Source: Synechococcales cyanobacterium VAR_4_metabat_354 (lineage in GTDB: Bacteria; Cyanobacteriota; Cyanobacteriia; Cyanobacteriales; Chamaesiphonaceae). Taken from it: a stretch of DNA of 64,000 nucleotides. The position numbers and the translations under genes are program-made. The first letter of the stretch is position 1. The number at the start of each line of letters is the position of its first letter. This document shows positions 60,633 to 64,000 of this stretch, in pieces. The notes below the pieces were generated by a model. It was not told the DNA's origin and ran no database searches. It saw nothing but the letters and a program-made list of their open reading frames with translations. The stretch lies in assembly GCA_031414775.1 (NCBI GenBank), contig JANOQI010000059.1, forward strand, positions 14,182 to 78,181, written 5' to 3'.

Positions 60633-61700
60633 ATGAAAGACCAATCAAATTTGCCTACATGGGCAAAATTCGCCATTCCTACCGGAATCTTGGCCGTTGC
60701 TGCTAGTTTGGGGCTATTCGCCTGGTGGAATGATGCGATCGCTCCGCCAGCCACAACCAACAGTCCTGAAGTACAATTCAACATTCCATCAGGTAGCTCA
60801 GCGCAATCGATCGGCAAAGAGTTAGCTGCCCAAAAATTAATCAAGTCAGAGTTGGCCTGGAAGCTCTGGACATCAGTCTTTTCCCGCCAGAGCAAAGGAG
60901 CGAAATCTGGTAGCTACCAAATTTCGCCGAGCCAACCACTGCCCGATATCGCTGGTAAAATCTGGAGCGGTAAAGTCACAGAAGTGACATTTAAAGTGCA
61001 AGAGGGCTTTAACATCAAGCAAATGGCTCGGTACTTCCAGGACGATAAAAAGTACTTTAAAGCCGAAGAATTCATTACTGCCACCCAGCAAATTCCCCGC
61101 GATAAATTTCCTTGGCTACCAGAAGGTATTAGAGATCTAGAAGGCTTTCTGCTTCCAGAGACGTACAAAATTCCGAAGGAGGGCATCACAGCTCCAGGGA
61201 TTGTCAATCAAATGCTAAAACAGTTTGAAACCAATGCTTTACCTATATACAAAAAGCAAGGGGCTAACTCCAACTTATCTCTTTTACAGTGGGTCAGTCT
61301 GAGTAGCATTGTTGAGAAAGAAGCAGTCATTCCGAAGGAGCGACCACAGATCGCCGGAGTTTTCATCAATCGCCTAGCTAAAGGTATCAAGCTAGGGTCT
61401 GACCCCACCGTTGAGTATGCTTTTGGTGTTACCCAAACGCCGGATAAGCCACTACTTTTTTCACAAATTCGCAAACCACATCCCTACAATACCTACACGA
61501 CATCAGGTATTCCACCCGGTCCGATCGCCGGGCCAGGGTTATCTAGTCTGAACGCAGTATTGACGCCTGATAATACTGAAATGCTTTTTTTTGTGGCCAG
61601 ATATGATGGTACTCACGTATTTAGCAAAACAAATGCTGAACACGAGCGGGCTACCAGAGAAATTCGGGCGGGTCGCCAACAGGCTCAGAAAAATAATTGA
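60633..61700 (+). CDS. mltG: Endolytic transglycosylase MltG
   Basis: LEGFLLPETY, SIVEKEA, VFINRL..LGSDPT, PYNTY..GIPPGPI. Confidence 0.95.
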   Translation: MKDQSNLPTWAKFAIPTGILAVAASLGLFAWWNDAIAPPATTNSPEVQFNIPSGSSAQSIGKELAAQKLIKSELAWKLWTSVFSRQSKGAKSGSYQISPSQPLPDIAGKIWSGKVTEVTFKVQEGFNIKQMARYFQDDKKYFKAEEFITATQQIPRDKFPWLPEGIRDLEGFLLPETYKIPKEGITAPGIVNQMLKQFETNALPIYKKQGANSNLSLLQWVSLSSIVEKEAVIPKERPQIAGVFINRLAKGIKLGSDPTVEYAFGVTQTPDKPLLFSQIRKPHPYNTYTTSGIPPGPIAGPGLSSLNAVLTPDNTEMLFFVARYDGTHVFSKTNAEHERATREIRAGRQQAQKNN

Positions 61701-61708
61701 GGATTTAA

Positions 61709-62272
61709 ATGCTTTTTCGTCTATTGCAGCCAGATTTAGTTTTGGGTGGTAACATTTTGCAGCTAACGCCGGCGACACTTCAAAAACACCAACTGCGTGG
61801 ACTAGTGCTAGATATTGATGACACTATTATTCCAGTAAAAGCCACCACCGCTCAGCCAGAATTGTTAGAATGGCTAGATGAAATTCGGAAAGTGGCCAAA
61901 CTATGGCTAGTAACAAATAATCCACATCGCCATCGCATTGAATCGATCGCTAACAGCCTAGATCTTCCCTACTTTTTGTCAGCTGCCAAGCCTTCCCGCA
62001 AAAAGCTGCGACAGGCCGTTGATGACATGAATTTGCCCTATCCAGAAGTAGCAATGGTCGGCGATCGGATTTTCACCGACGTTTTAGCTGGTAACCGATT
62101 GGGAGTGTTCACCATTCTGGTAGATCCAATCGTTTCTCAAAATTCTACCTCTAGCTTCCGTTTCCTCCGCCAAGCCGAATTTAGGCTCGCACAGCTCACC
62201 GGCGTTTCACTGCAAAGCTCAGACTCACATCGAAAAATGGGCGTTGCTGAATCATGGGATAAAAACAGATAA
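61709..62272 (+). CDS. yqeG: YqeG-family HAD IIIA phosphatase
   Basis: LVLDIDDT, VTNN, AAKP, MVGDRIFTDVLAGNRLG. Confidence 0.9.
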   Translation: MLFRLLQPDLVLGGNILQLTPATLQKHQLRGLVLDIDDTIIPVKATTAQPELLEWLDEIRKVAKLWLVTNNPHRHRIESIANSLDLPYFLSAAKPSRKKLRQAVDDMNLPYPEVAMVGDRIFTDVLAGNRLGVFTILVDPIVSQNSTSSFRFLRQAEFRLAQLTGVSLQSSDSHRKMGVAESWDKNR

Positions 62273-62352
62273 CTCAAAAATTCAGAAGCTTGACCAGCCC
62301 TATTTTTCATTTTCTACAACTTAAGTCGTTCATACCTCAATTCAGCAACGCC
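62240..62352. mobile_element. 113-bp MITE-like insertion
   Basis: TIRs GGCGTTGCTGAAT / ATTCAGCAACGCC; flanking 8-bp near-duplication GAAAAATG / GAAAAACG. Confidence 0.75.
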
Positions 62353-62455
62353 GAAAAACGTCATAGTAAAAACTAGTAATTCTTCATGTACAGAAATGTA
62401 AATAAAATATTAAGAAACAAAAGATTACCAATTTTATCTGACATTATAATATCAT

Positions 62456-62552
62456 TACAAATGAGACCAGCTTGTATAAAGGTCTTAAACATAACAAAAT
62501 AACTTTTAAAATAAGAGTGTCAGCCTGTTCTGGGCTAGCACTCTTATTTTTT
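62456..62552 (+). ncRNA. Candidate small RNA or terminated leader upstream of proB
   Basis: TATAAT at 62445-62450, 5' hairpin GAGACC/GGTCTT, strong terminator 62508-62552. Confidence 0.45.
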
Positions 62553-62699
62553 GCTATTGATTTATGCACAGACAACACGCTAACTAACTCTAATTTCTGA
62601 GAAACCAAGCAATTTTCGTTATATTAGTTAACATTAGTTTTTTACACTTATGTGTTATCAGTATAAACACTCACCATATGGTGCGAGCAATACTTCTTT

Positions 62700-63797
62700 A
62701 TGCAACCAGTAATAGTGATCAAAATAGGGACTTCTAGCCTCACCCGTCCTGATGGCAAACTCGCACTAGCGACCATTGCCGCCTTAATTGAAACTATCGC
62801 TGATTTAAAACATCAAAGATATTCGGTAATCTTAGTATCCTCTGGCGCAGTAGGGGTAGGCTGCACTAGATTAAATCTCATTACTAAACCAAAATTAATT
62901 GCTCTCAAGCAAGCGGCAGCTGCCGTTGGCCAAGGCCGCCTAATCCGAGTGTATGATGACCTATTTAGCCAATATGGTTTACCAGTCGCTCAGATTTTAC
63001 TGACCAGGGGTGATTTAGAAAAGCACCAAGGTTACAAAAATATCCATAACACCCTGCAGGAACTGCTTAAACTAAATGTAGTTCCAATCATTAACGAGAA
63101 CGATACAGTTGCAGTTGAAGAGCTTAAGTTTGGCGATAATGATACCCTGTCAGCACGTGTAGCCAGCTTAGTTGAAGCCAAATGGCTATTCCTACTCACA
63201 GATGTCGATCACTTATATTCTGCTGATCCACGACATGATCCAAACGCTCAAGCCATATCTGTTGTGAAGTCTATGGCCGAACTAGAAGTAAAGACTGGTG
63301 AGCAAGGTTCTAAATGGGGGACGGGGGGAATGGTAACTAAAATTGCAGCTGCTAAAATTGCAGTAAGCGCTGGTGTCCACACTGTTATCACCAATGGGAA
63401 AAATCCACAAAACATTCCAAAGATTTTAGCTGGGGGATCGATCGGAACATATTTTCCAGCTCAAGTAAGAATAGAAAATTCTAGAAAACGTTGGCTCGCT
63501 CACGGCTCTGTACCGACCGGTAAAATTTTCTTAGATCTTGGTGCGGCTCAAGCCATCACACAGCAAGGCAAATCATTACTGCCAGCAGGTATTACGGGCG
63601 TTAGTGGTAAATTTGACGAATCTGATACAGTTCAGCTATGTAACACGGCAATGCAGGAAATTGCGATCGGCATAGTCAACTACAGCAGCTCCGAACTCCA
63701 GAAAATTCATGGCCATCAGTCTACAGACATTGAAAACATTTTGGGATATATCGGAGAAAATACAGTAGTTCACCGCGATAATCTCGTACTAACCTAA
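62700..63797 (+). CDS. proB: Glutamate 5-kinase
   Basis: [40 protein letters not shown] domain. Confidence 0.97.
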   Translation: MQPVIVIKIGTSSLTRPDGKLALATIAALIETIADLKHQRYSVILVSSGAVGVGCTRLNLITKPKLIALKQAAAAVGQGRLIRVYDDLFSQYGLPVAQILLTRGDLEKHQGYKNIHNTLQELLKLNVVPIINENDTVAVEELKFGDNDTLSARVASLVEAKWLFLLTDVDHLYSADPRHDPNAQAISVVKSMAELEVKTGEQGSKWGTGGMVTKIAAAKIAVSAGVHTVITNGKNPQNIPKILAGGSIGTYFPAQVRIENSRKRWLAHGSVPTGKIFLDLGAAQAITQQGKSLLPAGITGVSGKFDESDTVQLCNTAMQEIAIGIVNYSSSELQKIHGHQSTDIENILGYIGENTVVHRDNLVLT

Positions 63798-63889
63798 ACA
63801 CTATTAATTTTCAGACATTCCCTAGAGCAGATCAAAAAAGACCCAGGAAAACGCATGTAGTTCCGAGTCTCTTTCTCTTGTCAATATTA

Positions 63890-64000
63890 AGCCTGGCAGT
63901 GAGCTATCTTCACAGGGGGCTACCCCCCAACTATTGTCGCCGCTATCGCGTTTCACCTCTGAGTTCGGGATGGGTCAGTGTGGTTCCACAATGCCATAAT
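63890..64000 (-). rRNA. rrf: 5S rRNA (5' end beyond window)
   Basis: Reverse complement contains GGAACCACACTGACCCATCCCGAACTCAGAGGTGAAACGC..GATAGCTCACTGCCAGG. Confidence 0.93.

Overview
Cyanobacterial chromosome segment (psbN/psbH, crtR, abundant CGATCG/HIP1 sites), mostly housekeeping genes: eno end, folA, lipA, gpsA, thrB, metG, ftsQZ, panD, ppa, folC, rsfS, aqpZ, smpB, mltG, proB and a partial 5S rRNA. The main accessory feature is an apparently intact 16,080-bp element integrated into tRNA-Lys(CTT), bounded by perfect 49-bp direct repeats (14684-14732 and 30764-30812). It encodes a tyrosine integrase, a DUF3854/D5-type primase-SF3 helicase, an XRE repressor, a holin-like plus M15 endolysin pair, and two divergent operons of about a dozen unrecognised proteins with virion-like traits. 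I see no terminase, portal, HK97 capsid, tail or packaging ATPase, so it is a candidate new kind of small tailless temperate virus or satellite (inference only). Other items: a CyRepA1-type replication gene with possible NrdR boxes beside tRNA-Asn, a minor-pilin cluster, a TnpB-only IS200/IS605 element, a MITE that rewrote the yqeG C-terminus, an internally deleted Uma2 pseudogene and a candidate sRNA upstream of proB. All product calls come from reading motifs by eye; no database searches were run.
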